Part shown: positions 1-10,836 of the stretch, piece by piece
Position numbering within the stretch: position 1 is the first letter of the stretch
How the letters are laid out: each line of letters begins with the position of its first letter
From: an uncultured Planctomycetia bacterium
Lineage (GTDB): Bacteria; Omnitrophota; Gorgyraeia; Tantalellales; Tantalellaceae
Reading direction: 5' to 3'
NCBI GenBank assembly: GCA_964409365.1
Contig: CAYPCX010000008.1
Location: forward strand, 265-64,264
Length of the DNA stretch: 64,000 bases
The notes under the pieces: generated by a model
What the model saw: only the letters and a program-made list of their open reading frames with translations
Database searches by the model: none
What the model was told of the DNA's origin: nothing
Translations under genes and position numbers: made by a program

Positions 1-474
1 ATCTCCCAGGACGAAAAAATGCCCTTCCGGGACATCAAAGACCTCGCCGTCGCCGCCGTAATCCCCCCGGTTGTAATAAAAGAAACGGTCCACGGGGTTC
101 TCAAGGACCCTCTTCCCGTTGACAAGGACCTCCCCGTCGTTTATCTGCACGCTCTCGCCGCCGCCGGCTATGTAACGCTTTACCAGGAACTTTTTCTTCT
201 CCACCGGAGAAAGAAAGACCACGATATCGCCGACCTCCGGGCCGCGCACCTTCGGCAGCCTGATACCGGTGAACGGTATCCTGGCCCCGTAGATGAACTT
301 GCTCACGAATATCCTGTCACCCGGCCTGAGGGTGGGATACATGGAGTTCGACGGTATCTTGAAAGGCTGTATCACGAAAGTGCGTATGAAAAGGGCCAGT
401 GCCGCGGCTATCAGTATAGGTTTTATCCACTCTTCCCACCAGTATCCCCAGGTGAGCCACACAGATCTTGTCAT
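1..474 (-). CDS. lepB: Signal peptidase I (partial; 3' end runs off the window)
   Basis: Manual translation from ATG at 474 (ATGA overlap with the lepA stop): MTRSVWLTWGYWWEEWIKPILIAAALALFIRTFVIQPFKIPSNSMYPTL..GDRIFVSKF..GDIVVF..FLVKR..VPEGHFFVLGD. Shows the S26 catalytic Ser box (IPSxSM) and Lys box (VKR); lepA-lepB synteny. Missing from the ORF track. Confidence 0.95.
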   Translation of the reverse strand, partial: MTRSVWLTWGYWWEEWIKPILIAAALALFIRTFVIQPFKIPSNSMYPTLRPGDRIFVSKFIYGARIPFTGIRLPKVRGPEVGDIVVFLSPVEKKKFLVKRYIAGGGESVQINDGEVLVNGKRVLENPVDRFFYYNRGDYGGDGEVFDVPEGHFFVLGD

Positions 475-2270
475 GATATCCTCATCGCTTTAAGGAAGGC
501 CTCTTTCGGGACGTCCACTTTCCCGATCCTTCTCATCTTCTTCTTCCCGGCCTTCTGTTTTTCCCAAAGTTTCCTCTTTCTCGTTATGTCGCCCCCGTAA
601 CATTTACCCGTGACATGTTTCTTGAGCGCGGAGATGTTTTCCCGCGCGATCACCTCGCCCCCGACGGCGGCCTGCAGGGCGATCTTGAACATATGCTTCG
701 GTATCGTCTCCTTCAGCTTGTGGACCAGCTCCATCCCCACCCTTCGCGCCTTGTCCTTGTGCACGAGCGTCGAAAGGGCGTCGCAGGGGACGGCGTTTAT
801 CAGTATCTCCAGCTTGACGACGTTCGATCTTCTGTAACCTAGAAATTCGTAATCCAGGGAACCGTAACCCTGAGTGGACGATTTTATCTTGTCGTAAAAA
901 TCCACTACCACTTCCGCCAGGGGCAGGTTATAAGTGATCTGCGCCTTTTTGGGGTCGAGGTATTTAGTGCTCACGAACTCTCCCCTTTTGTTCTCGCACA
1001 GCTCCATTATGGCCCCGATGGACTGCGCCGGGGTTATTATCCAGCATTTTATGAACGGTTCCTCCACGTAATCCACCCTGTCCCTGTCGGGATACTTCGT
1101 GGGATTATCGACCTCTATGAGATCACCTCCGGCCAGTTTTACCTTATAATTAACGCTGGGTGAGGACGCTATGAGATCGAGGTTGAATTCGCGTTCGAGC
1201 CGTTCCTGTATGATCTCCATGTGCAGGAGCCCCAGAAACCCGCACCTGAACCCGAAGCCCAGCGCGGCCGAAGTCTCGGCTTCGTAGATAAAGGACGAGT
1301 CGGAAAGGCGCATTTTTTCCATGGCGCTCTTCAGGTCCTCATAATCCTCGTTGCTGACGGGGTATATCCCGCTGAACACCATGGGCTTGACCTTTTTATA
1401 TCCCGGAAGAGGCTCCTCCGCCGGTTTCGCGATATCGGTTATGGTATCACCGACAACGACCTCTTTCGCCTCTTTTATGTTGCAAACGATGTACCCCACC
1501 TGCCCGCATTCCAGTTCTTCGACCATCCGTTCTTCCGGGGTAAAAATACCCACTTCCTTGACCTCGTACCTGTTGCGCATGTTCATCATCTCGACCTGCA
1601 TCCTGGGCCTGAGGCACCCGTTCATCACGCGGACGTATATGATCACTCCCCTGTAAATATCATAGGAAGAATCGAAGATCAGCGCCTGCAGCGGCTCTTC
1701 GGAGCTTCCGGAAGGGGGCGGCACCCTTGTAACTATGCTCTCCAGGACGTCCTCGATCCCTTCGTTCTCTTTGGCGCTTACCATCAGGACCTCGTTGTCC
1801 TCCACGCCCAGGATATCCTTCATCTGGTGCGTCACCTCGTCTATCCTCGCCGCCTTAAGGTCTATCTTGTTTATGATGGGTATTATCTTAAGCTCATGTT
1901 CCATCGCGAGGTAGAGGTTCGCTATCGTCTGGGCCTCCACACCCTGCACGGCATCCACCAAAAGCAGCGCCCCTTCGCACGCGGCGATAGACTTGGACAC
2001 CTCGTAAGAAAAATCGACGTGACCGGGCGTGTCTATGAGGTTCAAAAGGTACGTGTTGCCGTCCTTCGCCCTATAGACTATCCTGACGGCGCTGCACTTT
2101 ATGGTTATACCCCTCTCCCTCTCCAGGTCCATGTCGTCCAGGAGCTGGTCCCTGAAGTCCCTGCTGCTGACGGTATCCGTCAACTGGATGACCCTGTCGG
2201 CAAGGGTGGATTTGCCGTGGTCGATATGGGCTATTATGCAGAAGTTCCTTATCCGCGATAGATCGTTCAT
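471..2270 (-). CDS. lepA: Translation elongation factor 4 (LepA)
   Basis: IRNFCIIAHIDHGKSTLADR, ERERGITIK, DTPGHVDF, GFRCGFLGLLH, KCYGGDITRKRKL; 599 aa. Confidence 0.99.
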   Translation of the reverse strand: MNDLSRIRNFCIIAHIDHGKSTLADRVIQLTDTVSSRDFRDQLLDDMDLERERGITIKCSAVRIVYRAKDGNTYLLNLIDTPGHVDFSYEVSKSIAACEGALLLVDAVQGVEAQTIANLYLAMEHELKIIPIINKIDLKAARIDEVTHQMKDILGVEDNEVLMVSAKENEGIEDVLESIVTRVPPPSGSSEEPLQALIFDSSYDIYRGVIIYVRVMNGCLRPRMQVEMMNMRNRYEVKEVGIFTPEERMVEELECGQVGYIVCNIKEAKEVVVGDTITDIAKPAEEPLPGYKKVKPMVFSGIYPVSNEDYEDLKSAMEKMRLSDSSFIYEAETSAALGFGFRCGFLGLLHMEIIQERLEREFNLDLIASSPSVNYKVKLAGGDLIEVDNPTKYPDRDRVDYVEEPFIKCWIITPAQSIGAIMELCENKRGEFVSTKYLDPKKAQITYNLPLAEVVVDFYDKIKSSTQGYGSLDYEFLGYRRSNVVKLEILINAVPCDALSTLVHKDKARRVGMELVHKLKETIPKHMFKIALQAAVGGEVIARENISALKKHVTGKCYGGDITRKRKLWEKQKAGKKKMRRIGKVDVPKEAFLKAMRIS

Positions 2271-2301
2271 GGTCCCATTCTGTGTGTATTGCGTTCTTTA
2301 T

Positions 2302-3726
2302 TCACATCAAACTGAACGCGTATTTTTTCCCGAACTCGATATATTTGAGCGACATGCTTTTTGAGGGGGTCTCGCTGTATATCCTCAGCTTGGGTTCCGT
2401 GCCCGAAAGCCTCAAAAGCAGCCAGCTGCCGTCATCGCATATGAACTTGGTGCCGTCGGCGGCGTTGATCCGCACCACTTTCCTGCCCAGGACCTTATCG
2501 AGCGGGTTCTTCTTTATGCCGCTTACCAGCTTTTTCCTCTTCGACCCGTCGAACTTCAGGTCCAGCCTTTCATATACATAGTTGCCGTACTTTTTGTTCA
2601 TGTCCGCGACTATCCTGCTGAGCGGTTTCTTTTCGGCGATCATAAGCTCCATGATAAGAAGCGCCGAAAGGAAACCGTCCCTTTCCGGGATATAGTTCTT
2701 GAAACCTATCCCGCCGGTCTCTTCGCCGCCGATAAGTATGTTCTTTTCGATCATTATCTTGCAGATATACTTGAACCCCACAGGGGTCTCGTACATGGGA
2801 AGCCCCCATTCATCGCATATCTTGTTTATCAGTCCCGTGCCGCATACCGTCTGCACGACGCCGCCTTTCATCTTCCTGTTCTTCAATAGATGCAGAAGAA
2901 GGAGCGTCATCACCTTATGCCCCGAAAGCACGTTCCCATTCTCGTCCACCACCGCTACGCGGTCGGCGTCGCCGTCGGTCGCTATACCCAGATCGTACCT
3001 GCCTTTCTTAACGGCCTGGACAAGCGTCTTGAGGTGCTTCTCGTTCGGCTCGGGGGCCCGCCCCTTGAACCCGGGGTTATCCTCGGTGTTCATGTAATCG
3101 ATCCTGATGGAAGTGTTCTTCAGTATCTCTCCCAGGTAAGTCCCGCCGGTGCCGTTCATGGAATCCACGATCACCTTCAGTTTAGCTTTTTTGAGTTTCC
3201 TCATGTTCGCGTACTTTTTCACCCAATCAAGCTGAACTTTCTCGATGTTCTCGTATACTATCTTTTTCTTCTTCAGCGCTTCATCGAGAGGCATGATCTT
3301 CACCGGGGATTTGTGGAGCCTCTTTTCAATGGCGTCGATTATGTCGCTGCCCGCGGACCCGGCGAAATATCCCTTGTATTTAATACCGTTGTACCTTGGC
3401 GGATTGTGGCTCGCGGTCACCATGACGCCTCCGGTAAGTTTCCTGTTCTTGATATCGACACAAAGGGCCGGGGTAGTGCATGCTTTGTCGGACAGGAAGA
3501 CCTTTATCCCGTTCGCGGCAAGGACGCGGGCTATGAGCTCCGCATATTTAGCCGAAAGGAACCTCGTGTCGTACCCGACCATGAGCTTTCTCTTCCTATA
3601 TATAGGCGTCTTTTTTGACCTCACGAAATCGGCTATCGCCTGCGCGACTATTTCCACGTTCTCGAACGTGAAATCCTCGCTAATGACCGCCCTCCATCCG
3701 TCCGTACCAAACTTGATCTTTGACAT
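2302..3726 (-). CDS. Phosphoglucomutase/phosphomannomutase family protein
   Basis: KFGTDGWR, phosphoserine motif TASHNP, metal loop DGDADR, GGEETGG, RLSGTEPKLRIY; RBS GGAGG upstream. Confidence 0.95.
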   Translation of the reverse strand: MSKIKFGTDGWRAVISEDFTFENVEIVAQAIADFVRSKKTPIYRKRKLMVGYDTRFLSAKYAELIARVLAANGIKVFLSDKACTTPALCVDIKNRKLTGGVMVTASHNPPRYNGIKYKGYFAGSAGSDIIDAIEKRLHKSPVKIMPLDEALKKKKIVYENIEKVQLDWVKKYANMRKLKKAKLKVIVDSMNGTGGTYLGEILKNTSIRIDYMNTEDNPGFKGRAPEPNEKHLKTLVQAVKKGRYDLGIATDGDADRVAVVDENGNVLSGHKVMTLLLLHLLKNRKMKGGVVQTVCGTGLINKICDEWGLPMYETPVGFKYICKIMIEKNILIGGEETGGIGFKNYIPERDGFLSALLIMELMIAEKKPLSRIVADMNKKYGNYVYERLDLKFDGSKRKKLVSGIKKNPLDKVLGRKVVRINAADGTKFICDDGSWLLLRLSGTEPKLRIYSETPSKSMSLKYIEFGKKYAFSLM

Positions 3727-3758
3727 GCACTCCTCCTTAAAACAGTTAAACGATATGT

Positions 3759-3833
3759 TAGTGTCATAGTGTCAAAGTTGACTCTGATACTTTGACACTA
3801 GCGAGCGTAAGCGAGCGATGACACCTTGACACT
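3759..3833. repeat. Intergenic 8-nt repeat hairpin (TAGTGTCA/TGACACTA units) with a GCGAGCG-TAA-GCGAGCG insert
   Basis: TAGTGTCAAAGT (3767-3778) is the exact reverse complement of ACTTTGACACTA (3789-3800); further TGACAC units at 3819 and 3827. Confidence 0.7.
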
Positions 3834-3836
3834 CTC

Positions 3837-4481
3837 TTACGCCATCCTTATCTCCCGTATCGCTTTAGCGTAGTCTTTTTGCCCGAATACCGCGGTACCC
3901 GCGACAAGCACGTCGGCCCCGGCCTTTATAGCTTTGGGGGCCGTCTCCACGTTTATGCCGCCGTCCACTTCTATCAGCCCCTTGAACCGCGGCCTTATAT
4001 CCCTTACCTTCTCCATCATCTCCTCCATGAAAGCCTGGCCCGCAAAGCCGGGTTCGACCGTCATGACCAGCACCATGTCCACCTGTTCCAGTATCCCGTC
4101 AAGCGCGGAAACATCGGTGCCGGGCTTTATGGAAACCCCGGCCTTTTTGCCTTTTTCCTTGATTTTTTTCACGCTGCCCATCGGGTCCTTACATGCCTCG
4201 ACATGAAAAGTGATAAGGTCGCTCCCCGCCTCGGTGAACTCGTCGACGAACTTCACCGGTTCGTCTATCATAAGGTGCACGTCGAAGAACATACGGCTCA
4301 GCGGCCTTACCGCCTTGATGATAAGGGGGCCTATGGTTATATTAGGGACGAATACCCCGTCCATGACGTCCACGTGAAGCCAGTCGGCTCCCGCCCGCTC
4401 AACGGACTTTATCTCTTCCGCCAATTTGCTGAAATCCGCCGATAAGATGCTCGGCGCCACCAAAACCTTCTTTTCACTCAT
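3837..4481 (-). CDS. rpe: Ribulose-phosphate 3-epimerase
   Basis: APSILSADF, HVDVMDGVFVPNIT, DVHLM, VMTVEPGFAGQ, EVDGGIN. Confidence 0.98.
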   Translation of the reverse strand: MSEKKVLVAPSILSADFSKLAEEIKSVERAGADWLHVDVMDGVFVPNITIGPLIIKAVRPLSRMFFDVHLMIDEPVKFVDEFTEAGSDLITFHVEACKDPMGSVKKIKEKGKKAGVSIKPGTDVSALDGILEQVDMVLVMTVEPGFAGQAFMEEMMEKVRDIRPRFKGLIEVDGGINVETAPKAIKAGADVLVAGTAVFGQKDYAKAIREIRMA

Positions 4482-4496
4482 GGCATTCTCCCTTCA

Positions 4497-4531
4497 AACC
4501 TGCAACCTGAAACCTGCGACCTGCAACCTGA
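4497..4531. repeat. Heptamer tandem repeat (AACCTGC x5)
   Basis: aacctgc aacctga aacctgc gacctgc aacctga between the M50 protease gene and rpe. Confidence 0.9.
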
Positions 4532-4532
4532 C

Positions 4533-5609
4533 TCACCTCTCGCTCATCATCATGTATACACGGTTGATATCGTCCAGGGTCACCACCCCTATTATCTCGC
4601 CCTTCCTTTTGACCGGCATCGCGTGGGTGCCGTATTTCTGCATGAGCTTCTGCACCTGGTCGAGCCGGGTCGAGACGTCCACCGCTGGAAAGTTCCTTCT
4701 CATTATGTCCCTGACGATCGCTTCCTTGCCTCTTTCGTGCACCCCGTACACGACCTCCCTGCGGGTGATGAAACCTACCATGTGCCCGTCCTCATCCATC
4801 ACCGGGTAGTCCTCCTGATGGGTATGGAATATAAGTTCCAGCACTTTCGACAGCTGCGCGTCCGGGCTTATATGGATAAAGTTGCGGGCCAGTATGTCGC
4901 GGATCGAATACCTTTTCAGGATCTCCCGCACCTCTACCTGCAGGCCCTCACTCGAAGCGGCCATGTATATGAACGCCGCGATCAGTAAAAGGAATATATG
5001 CCCGTACACTATCCCCACGTACGCGAAAAGAAGCGCGAATATGTGGCCCAGACGGACGGCTATCGCCGTGGCCTCCCTGTAGCTAATGCGGTACGACAGT
5101 ATCGCGCGCAGGACCCTGCCCCCGTCCATGGGGAAAGCGGGTATCATGTTGAACACCGCGAGCACGAGGTTTATCCAGTATATTTGCGCGAGCACGCTGA
5201 AATCGCCGGTGAACTTGGCCTGGCCGGTCAGTACCAGGAACGGATATATAAGCTTTTCCTTCCCGATAAGAAAATAGAGCGGGAAATACAGGACCAATAG
5301 AACCAGCACGTTAGACAACGGCCCCGCTATGGAGATGACGAGCTCCTGGAGCGGCTTGGTCGGGATCTCCGGCATCTGGGCCACTCCGCCGATCGGCAAA
5401 AGCGTTATCCGTTTCACTTTGATACCGAAATACGCGGCTGCCAGGCTGTGGCAGAGCTCATGGACCGTCACGAAAAAGAACACCCCGATTATAAGGACAA
5501 GTCCCTTAAGCCCCATGAGCAGGAAGAAAAAAAGCAAAAGCAGGAGAAAGGTGAAGTGAATATCGATATATATCCCGAACACCCTTGTCAGATGAAAAGT
5601 GCCCCTCAT
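4533..5609 (-). CDS. Site-2 protease (M50) family zinc metalloprotease with C-terminal CBS pair
   Basis: [27 protein letters not shown], several TM segments, two CBS domains (YPVMD..VGFIT; [13 protein letters not shown]). Confidence 0.93.
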   Translation of the reverse strand: MRGTFHLTRVFGIYIDIHFTFLLLLLFFFLLMGLKGLVLIIGVFFFVTVHELCHSLAAAYFGIKVKRITLLPIGGVAQMPEIPTKPLQELVISIAGPLSNVLVLLVLYFPLYFLIGKEKLIYPFLVLTGQAKFTGDFSVLAQIYWINLVLAVFNMIPAFPMDGGRVLRAILSYRISYREATAIAVRLGHIFALLFAYVGIVYGHIFLLLIAAFIYMAASSEGLQVEVREILKRYSIRDILARNFIHISPDAQLSKVLELIFHTHQEDYPVMDEDGHMVGFITRREVVYGVHERGKEAIVRDIMRRNFPAVDVSTRLDQVQKLMQKYGTHAMPVKRKGEIIGVVTLDDINRVYMMMSER

Positions 5610-6877
5610 ACCTTGCCAAGCTCCTTCGTTATCCTGCTTTTGTCCCCGGGGGCGATGTTACCTATAACGGCCAGGTTCAGGTACCCGGGCCGGAAAATCC
5701 TCTCCGCGACCTTTTTGATATCCCCGGCCGTGACCTGATCCAGCATTTTCACGACGTACTTTACCTCGGGTATCTCCTTATGCACCATAAGCCGGTCCCC
5801 CAGCCACACCATCCTGGAAGAGGTGCCCTCCATGGCCAGGAGGAATTGCCCCTTGGCGTACTCCCTCGCCCGTTTCAACTCACCCCGGGTGACGCCTTTG
5901 TCCTTCAGCAATCTCAGCTGGTTGAGTACGGCTATGACCGACTTCATCGCGTTACTCGTATCTACCCCCGCGTGCACCACGACGTCGCCGACGTCGCTGT
6001 GCCGTTTGTACATCGAAGAGATATCGTAACACAGCCCCCGTTTTTCCCTAAGCTCATCGAAAAGCCTCGATGACATGTTCCCGCCGAGTATCACGTTCAT
6101 GAGCTTCATCGCGAAGCGCTCGTGAAGGTTCCTGTCAGGGGCGTGAAAACCCATCGCTATATGCGTCTGCTTTGTGTCTCCCCGGTGGAACGTGGTCTTC
6201 GGCCCTTTCTGGGATATCTTCGGTGTCTTGAAAGAACGGCTCTTTCCTTTCTTGACGCCGGCGAACTTGCGCGAGGTGGAAATGAAGAATTTTTCCGGGT
6301 CGACCTTGCCCGCGGCGACGACCGCTATGTTGCCTGGATAGTAACGCTCTTCCTTGAACTTGATTATATCGTTCCTGCTGAAACCCTTTACCGTGGTCAT
6401 GCTCCCGGTCAAGGGCCTCCCGAGGGGATCACCCGGCCACATGATCTGGCCCAGAAGCTCCATCACGTGCTCGGCGGGCTGGTCGCGGTACATCTTTATC
6501 TCCTCGCATATCACGAATTTTTCCCGCGAGATCTCCGCTTCGTCGAACTTCGGGTTAAGCACCATATCGCCCAGTATCTCCATCCCGAGCTCCATGTATT
6601 TGGACGGGACTTTAACCATGTAACAGGTCACCTCGTCCGCCGTGAAACCGTTAAAGGAGCCGCCCACGCCCTCGATCGACTGTTTGAGGTCCATCGCGTC
6701 GCGGCTGAGCGTCCCCTTAAAGAGCATGTGTTCGATAAGATGGCTTATTCCGCTCTGCTTCGCGGCTTCATAACGCCCTCCAACGCCTATCCACACCCCC
6801 AGGGACACTGACGACATCCCCGGCATGGTAGAGACGACCATTTTCAACCCGTTCTTCGTGCTTTTTTTCTTATACAA
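5606..6877 (-). CDS. M16 (pitrilysin/processing) family zinc peptidase
   Basis: Inverted zincin HLIEH ([14 protein letters not shown]), [35 protein letters not shown]; TTG start. Confidence 0.95.
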   Translation of the reverse strand: MYKKKSTKNGLKMVVSTMPGMSSVSLGVWIGVGGRYEAAKQSGISHLIEHMLFKGTLSRDAMDLKQSIEGVGGSFNGFTADEVTCYMVKVPSKYMELGMEILGDMVLNPKFDEAEISREKFVICEEIKMYRDQPAEHVMELLGQIMWPGDPLGRPLTGSMTTVKGFSRNDIIKFKEERYYPGNIAVVAAGKVDPEKFFISTSRKFAGVKKGKSRSFKTPKISQKGPKTTFHRGDTKQTHIAMGFHAPDRNLHERFAMKLMNVILGGNMSSRLFDELREKRGLCYDISSMYKRHSDVGDVVVHAGVDTSNAMKSVIAVLNQLRLLKDKGVTRGELKRAREYAKGQFLLAMEGTSSRMVWLGDRLMVHKEIPEVKYVVKMLDQVTAGDIKKVAERIFRPGYLNLAVIGNIAPGDKSRITKELGKV

Positions 6878-6883
6878 TTTCCC

Positions 6884-6925
6884 GTCCTCTGTTTTCTGTT
6901 ATCTGCCTTCTGTCATCTGTTTTCC
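6884..6925. repeat. Heptamer tandem repeat (GTnnTCT x6)
   Basis: gtcctct gttttct gttatct gccttct gtcatct gttttcc; contains the ruvX stop codon. Confidence 0.88.
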
Positions 6926-7332
6926 AAGCTATCCAGATATCCCTGCAGTATCAACTGCGCCGCGAGCTTATCTATCACTTTTTTCCGCTTGTTCCTTGTC
7001 ATGTCGGCCGCGAGCATGACGTCCTCGGCTTCTTTGGTGCTAAGGCGTTCGTCCCACAATTCTACCGCAAGACCCGTCTTCTCTTTTAACTTCTCCGCGA
7101 AGGCCCTGCAGTCCTTTGCCCTTTCCCCCATCGTCCCGTCCATGTTAACGGGAAGGCCTACCACTATCTTTTCTATGCCGAGCTCTTTTATGACCTCAGT
7201 GATGCGTCCTATGGCGACGTCATCGCTTCTTCGCAGGACTTTTCCTTTTCCCTGAGCCAGCGTCAGCGTTGTATCGCTGACAGCTAAACCGATATATTTC
7301 GTGCCAACGTCAAGGCCGAGAATTCGTGACAT
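6913..7332 (-). CDS. ruvX: YqgF/RuvX family pre-16S rRNA nuclease (Holliday junction resolvase-like)
   Basis: RILGLDVGTKYIGLAVSD, VVGLP, WDERLST, IDKLAAQLILQGYL. Confidence 0.97.
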   Translation of the reverse strand: MSRILGLDVGTKYIGLAVSDTTLTLAQGKGKVLRRSDDVAIGRITEVIKELGIEKIVVGLPVNMDGTMGERAKDCRAFAEKLKEKTGLAVELWDERLSTKEAEDVMLAADMTRNKRKKVIDKLAAQLILQGYLDSLENR

Positions 7333-7353
7333 ATATCCTTTATTTATAGTGGT

Positions 7354-8154
7354 TTAGGAGTGGACAGCATCGGCAATGGATTTAGCGAACGATCCTATCC
7401 TGGCCACTGCCCTGCTCTTGTCGGGCAGACTTTTCTCAAGCACCTTAATTATCGCGCTTCCGACTATCACCCCGTCGGAGACACCGGCAATATCCCTGGC
7501 CTGGGCGGGTCTGGATATGCCGAACCCGACACAGACAGGTTTCGCCGTAACCTTCTTTATCTTCCTGACGTCACTCTTTAACTGCTTCGATAACTGTTCT
7601 CTCGCGCCCGTCACGCCGGTAAGCGAAACATAATAAATGAACCCCCTCGAGACCCTGGAGATCTTCCTGAACCTTTCCACGGGCGTGGTGGGAGCGGCGA
7701 GAAGTACCAGGTAAAAATCTTCCTTATCCGCAAAACGCTTCATCTGGTCCGACTCCTCCATCGGAAGATCGGGCACGATAATACCGTCGGCTCCGCATTT
7801 CTTGGCGTCTTTTATAAAATGTTCTATCCCGTAGTTGAAGACGATATTGTAATACGTCATGAAGACTATCGGGGTGCTCACGCTGCGCCTTAAGTCCTTC
7901 ACCATGTTCAGCACTTTCCTCACCGTGCAGCCCGCTTTGAGCGAACGCTGTACCGCCCTCTGTATCGTGGGACCGTCGGCGAGGGGGTCCGAAAAAGGTA
8001 TGCCAAGCTCTATTACATCGGCGCCCGCCTTCGCCAGCGCCGAAACGATCCTTTTCGTGGTCCCTATATCCGGATCGCCCGCCGTTATGTACGGCATGAA
8101 CGCCTTCTTCTTCTCTTTTTTCAGCCTTTTGAACGTCTCATCAATTCTATTCAT
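7354..8154 (-). CDS. trpA: Tryptophan synthase alpha chain
   Basis: YITAGDP, ELGIPFSDPLADGPTIQ, YYVSLTGVTG, VGFGIS; start placed at ATG 8154 behind GAGGAGG. Confidence 0.98.
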   Translation of the reverse strand: MNRIDETFKRLKKEKKKAFMPYITAGDPDIGTTKRIVSALAKAGADVIELGIPFSDPLADGPTIQRAVQRSLKAGCTVRKVLNMVKDLRRSVSTPIVFMTYYNIVFNYGIEHFIKDAKKCGADGIIVPDLPMEESDQMKRFADKEDFYLVLLAAPTTPVERFRKISRVSRGFIYYVSLTGVTGAREQLSKQLKSDVRKIKKVTAKPVCVGFGISRPAQARDIAGVSDGVIVGSAIIKVLEKSLPDKSRAVARIGSFAKSIADAVHS

Positions 8155-8185
8155 CGTCCTCCTCAACCTTACACGTGAGACCTGA

Positions 8186-9376
8186 CTACATGTTCTCCCT
8201 GATTATGTCTATATCTTTGTCACCACGCCCCGACAGGCAGAATATGATGATATCCTTCTTCCGTGTTTTTTTGGCAAGCCGCGTAAGGTGGTAAGCGGCG
8301 TGCGCCGGTTCCAGCGCCGGGATGATGCCTTCCGTCTCGGAAAGCAGCCTCACGCCTTCGAGCGCTTCCTTGTCGATCACCGATACGTATTCGGCCCTGC
8401 CCATTCGTTTGTAATAGGAGTGTTCCGGGCCGACACCGGGATAATCCAGCCCCGCCGACACCGAATGCGCCAGCTTCACCTGCCCGTCGCTGTCCTCGAG
8501 CAGGAAGCTTTTGCTCCCGTGCAGGACGCCTACCCTTCCCCGCATCAGGGCGGCGGCGTGGTGTCCGGAGCTCATGCCCAGCCCGGCGGCCTCGACGCCG
8601 ATGAACTTGACCTTCCTGTCGCCGTAGAACGGGTGAAAAAGACCTATGGCATTACTGCCCCCGCCGACACAGGCTACCAGGTAGTCGGGAAGCCTCTTCT
8701 CTTTCTTCAACACCTGCCGTTTCGCTTCTCTTCCCAGTACCGCCTGGAAATCCCTTACCATCATCGGGTAAGGATGCGGACCGACAACGGACCCTATTAT
8801 GTAATGGGTATCCCTGACGTTAGTGACCCAATCCCTTATCGCCTCGTTGGTGGCGTCTTTCAGGGTGCATGAACCGCTCTCCACAGGAATGACCCTGGCG
8901 CCCAGGAGCTTCATCCTGAACACGTTGAGGTTCTGCCTCCTGATGTCCTCGGTACCCATGTAAACGTCGCATGAAAGGCCGAAGAGAGCCGCCACCGTGG
9001 CCGTCGCCACGCCGTGCTGGCCGGCGCCGGTCTCGGCTATAAGGCGTTTCTTCCCCATCGCCACGGCGAGGAGCGCCTGGCCGATCGTGTTATTTATCTT
9101 ATGGGCGCCCGTGTGGAGCAGGTCCTCGCGCTTTATGTATATCCTGCCGCCGCCGAGCTTCTTAGTAAGCTTTTCCGCGAAATAAAGCGGCGTGGGCCTG
9201 CCGGCGTATTCCTTAAGATAATAATCGAGCTTCTTCTTGAAAGCGCGGGACGAGCCTATTTTCTTGTAAGCGGCCGTCAGTTCCTTCAACGCGGTCATAA
9301 GGGTCTCGGGGACGTATTCCCCGCCGAATATCCCGAAATAACCTCTTTTATCGGGTAGTTTACGCTTTTTTCGCAT
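8186..9376 (-). CDS. trpB: Tryptophan synthase beta chain
   Basis: [15 protein letters not shown] (PLP Lys), [38 protein letters not shown]. Confidence 0.99.
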   Translation of the reverse strand: MRKKRKLPDKRGYFGIFGGEYVPETLMTALKELTAAYKKIGSSRAFKKKLDYYLKEYAGRPTPLYFAEKLTKKLGGGRIYIKREDLLHTGAHKINNTIGQALLAVAMGKKRLIAETGAGQHGVATATVAALFGLSCDVYMGTEDIRRQNLNVFRMKLLGARVIPVESGSCTLKDATNEAIRDWVTNVRDTHYIIGSVVGPHPYPMMVRDFQAVLGREAKRQVLKKEKRLPDYLVACVGGGSNAIGLFHPFYGDRKVKFIGVEAAGLGMSSGHHAAALMRGRVGVLHGSKSFLLEDSDGQVKLAHSVSAGLDYPGVGPEHSYYKRMGRAEYVSVIDKEALEGVRLLSETEGIIPALEPAHAAYHLTRLAKKTRKKDIIIFCLSGRGDKDIDIIRENM

Positions 9377-10028
9377 TTTCTATGAACTCCTTTATTTTAT
9401 CCTTGTCCTTTTTCCCGGGGGCCTTCTCCACGCCGCTGGAGACATCCACCCCGTACGGGCGGACGGCACTTACCGCCTCGGCCACGTTCTCCGGCGCCAG
9501 ACCTCCCGCTATAAAGAACGGTTTCCTTATCTTCTCTTTCTCTCTCGCCAGGACTTCCCAGTCGAACCTTTCGCCGCTCCCTCCGGCCACCTCCGGATGA
9601 TAAGTATCGAACACGAAAAACTCGGCGTCCATGTAATCATCCGGTATGTATGCCCCGACCGGCAGTATATCGTCCCCGACCTTGAACACCTTTATGATCT
9701 TCACCCGCGGGTGGTCTTTTTCCTCCAGCGTTTTTTTGAGCTCGCTGCAGTAGGCGGGCTTCTCGCCGCCGTGAAGTTGTACAAGGTCCAGGCCGCATTC
9801 CGCGACCGTCCCGGCCACGACGTCTATTTCTTCGTCCTTGAATAGCCCTACAGTGCTTACGCTTTCTCTGTGACGACCGAGACCATCTATAACACCCTTG
9901 GCCGTCCCGCTGTCTACCGCGCGGGGAGTCCCTCCGATAAAGATGAAACCCAGAAGATCCGCTCCGCGTTCGCAGGCCTCGACCGCGTCCTCAAGATTAG
10001 TGATCCCGCAGATCTTCACCTTTGTCAT
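9360..10028 (-). CDS. trpF: Phosphoribosylanthranilate isomerase
   Basis: [37 protein letters not shown]. Likely start ATG 10028; the upstream in-frame ATG at 10049 comes from the heptamer repeat. Confidence 0.95.
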   Translation of the reverse strand: MTKVKICGITNLEDAVEACERGADLLGFIFIGGTPRAVDSGTAKGVIDGLGRHRESVSTVGLFKDEEIDVVAGTVAECGLDLVQLHGGEKPAYCSELKKTLEEKDHPRVKIIKVFKVGDDILPVGAYIPDDYMDAEFFVFDTYHPEVAGGSGERFDWEVLAREKEKIRKPFFIAGGLAPENVAEAVSAVRPYGVDVSSGVEKAPGKKDKDKIKEFIENAKKA

Positions 10029-10049
10029 TTGTGCTTTGTCATTTGTCAT
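10022..10049. repeat. Heptamer tandem repeat (TTGTCAT x4)
   Basis: ttgtcat ttgtgct ttgtcat ttgtcat at the trpC/trpF junction; supplies the trpF ATG. Confidence 0.8.
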
Positions 10050-10056
10050 TAAAATT

Positions 10057-10836
10057 TTATTCCCTCATCAATTCCCTGACCTTGTCCCCGATATTCTCCG
10101 CCCTCATGAACGTCTCGCCTATCAGGACGGCGTTCACCCCCAGGCTCTTCAGGAACATCACCTGTTCGTAGCTTTCTATGCCGCTCTCCGAGACTATCAC
10201 CTTCGTCTCGGGTATCAGCCGGATAAGCCGCTGCGTCGTGGATATATCCACGTCAAAATTCGTAAGGTCCCTGTTGTTGATCCCTATGATGGACGCGGGC
10301 GAGGCAAGCGCCTTCTCTATATCCTCCTCGTTGTTCACCTCTACCATAACGTCGATACCGAGTTCCTTGGCGATACCATGGTAACGACCAAGCTCATCCT
10401 GCGTGAGGATGTGCGCTATCAGGAGTATCGCGTCGGCCCCGTGCGCCCCCGCCTCGTATATCTGGTACTCATCTATTATGAAATCCTTCCTCAGAACGGG
10501 CAGCGTCACCCTTTCCTTCACTATGTCCAGGTACTCGAGTTTGCCGTCGAAGAACCGCTCGTCGGTAAGCACGCTTATGGCGCCGGCGCCCGCCGCCTGG
10601 TAAGCCAGGGCTATCCTGGCCGGGTCGAACTCCCCGGGACGTATCACTCCCCTGGAAGGAGACCTTCTTTTTATCTCCGCTATGAGATTTATATGGCCTT
10701 TGCGGGAAATGTTCCTTTTGAACGCGCTCCTGATGGCCTGGGCTTCCGCCTTCTGTTTGAGCTCGTTCAAAGGGGCTTCCCTGCGGGCCTGTTCGACCTC
10801 GCGCTTTTTTTCCTCCACTATTTTTCCCAATATCAC
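10057..10836 (-). CDS. trpC: Indole-3-glycerol phosphate synthase
   Basis: IAEIKRRSPSRG, ISVLTD, LRKDFI, GINNRDL, VSESGI. Confidence 0.98.
   Translation of the reverse strand: MILGKIVEEKKREVEQARREAPLNELKQKAEAQAIRSAFKRNISRKGHINLIAEIKRRSPSRGVIRPGEFDPARIALAYQAAGAGAISVLTDERFFDGKLEYLDIVKERVTLPVLRKDFIIDEYQIYEAGAHGADAILLIAHILTQDELGRYHGIAKELGIDVMVEVNNEEDIEKALASPASIIGINNRDLTNFDVDISTTQRLIRLIPETKVIVSESGIESYEQVMFLKSLGVNAVLIGETFMRAENIGDKVRELMRE

Noticed and set aside
19-600. 193-aa plus-strand ORF at the window start
   Set aside because: Shadow of lepB, which is on the minus strand and missing from the track only because it runs off the edge.
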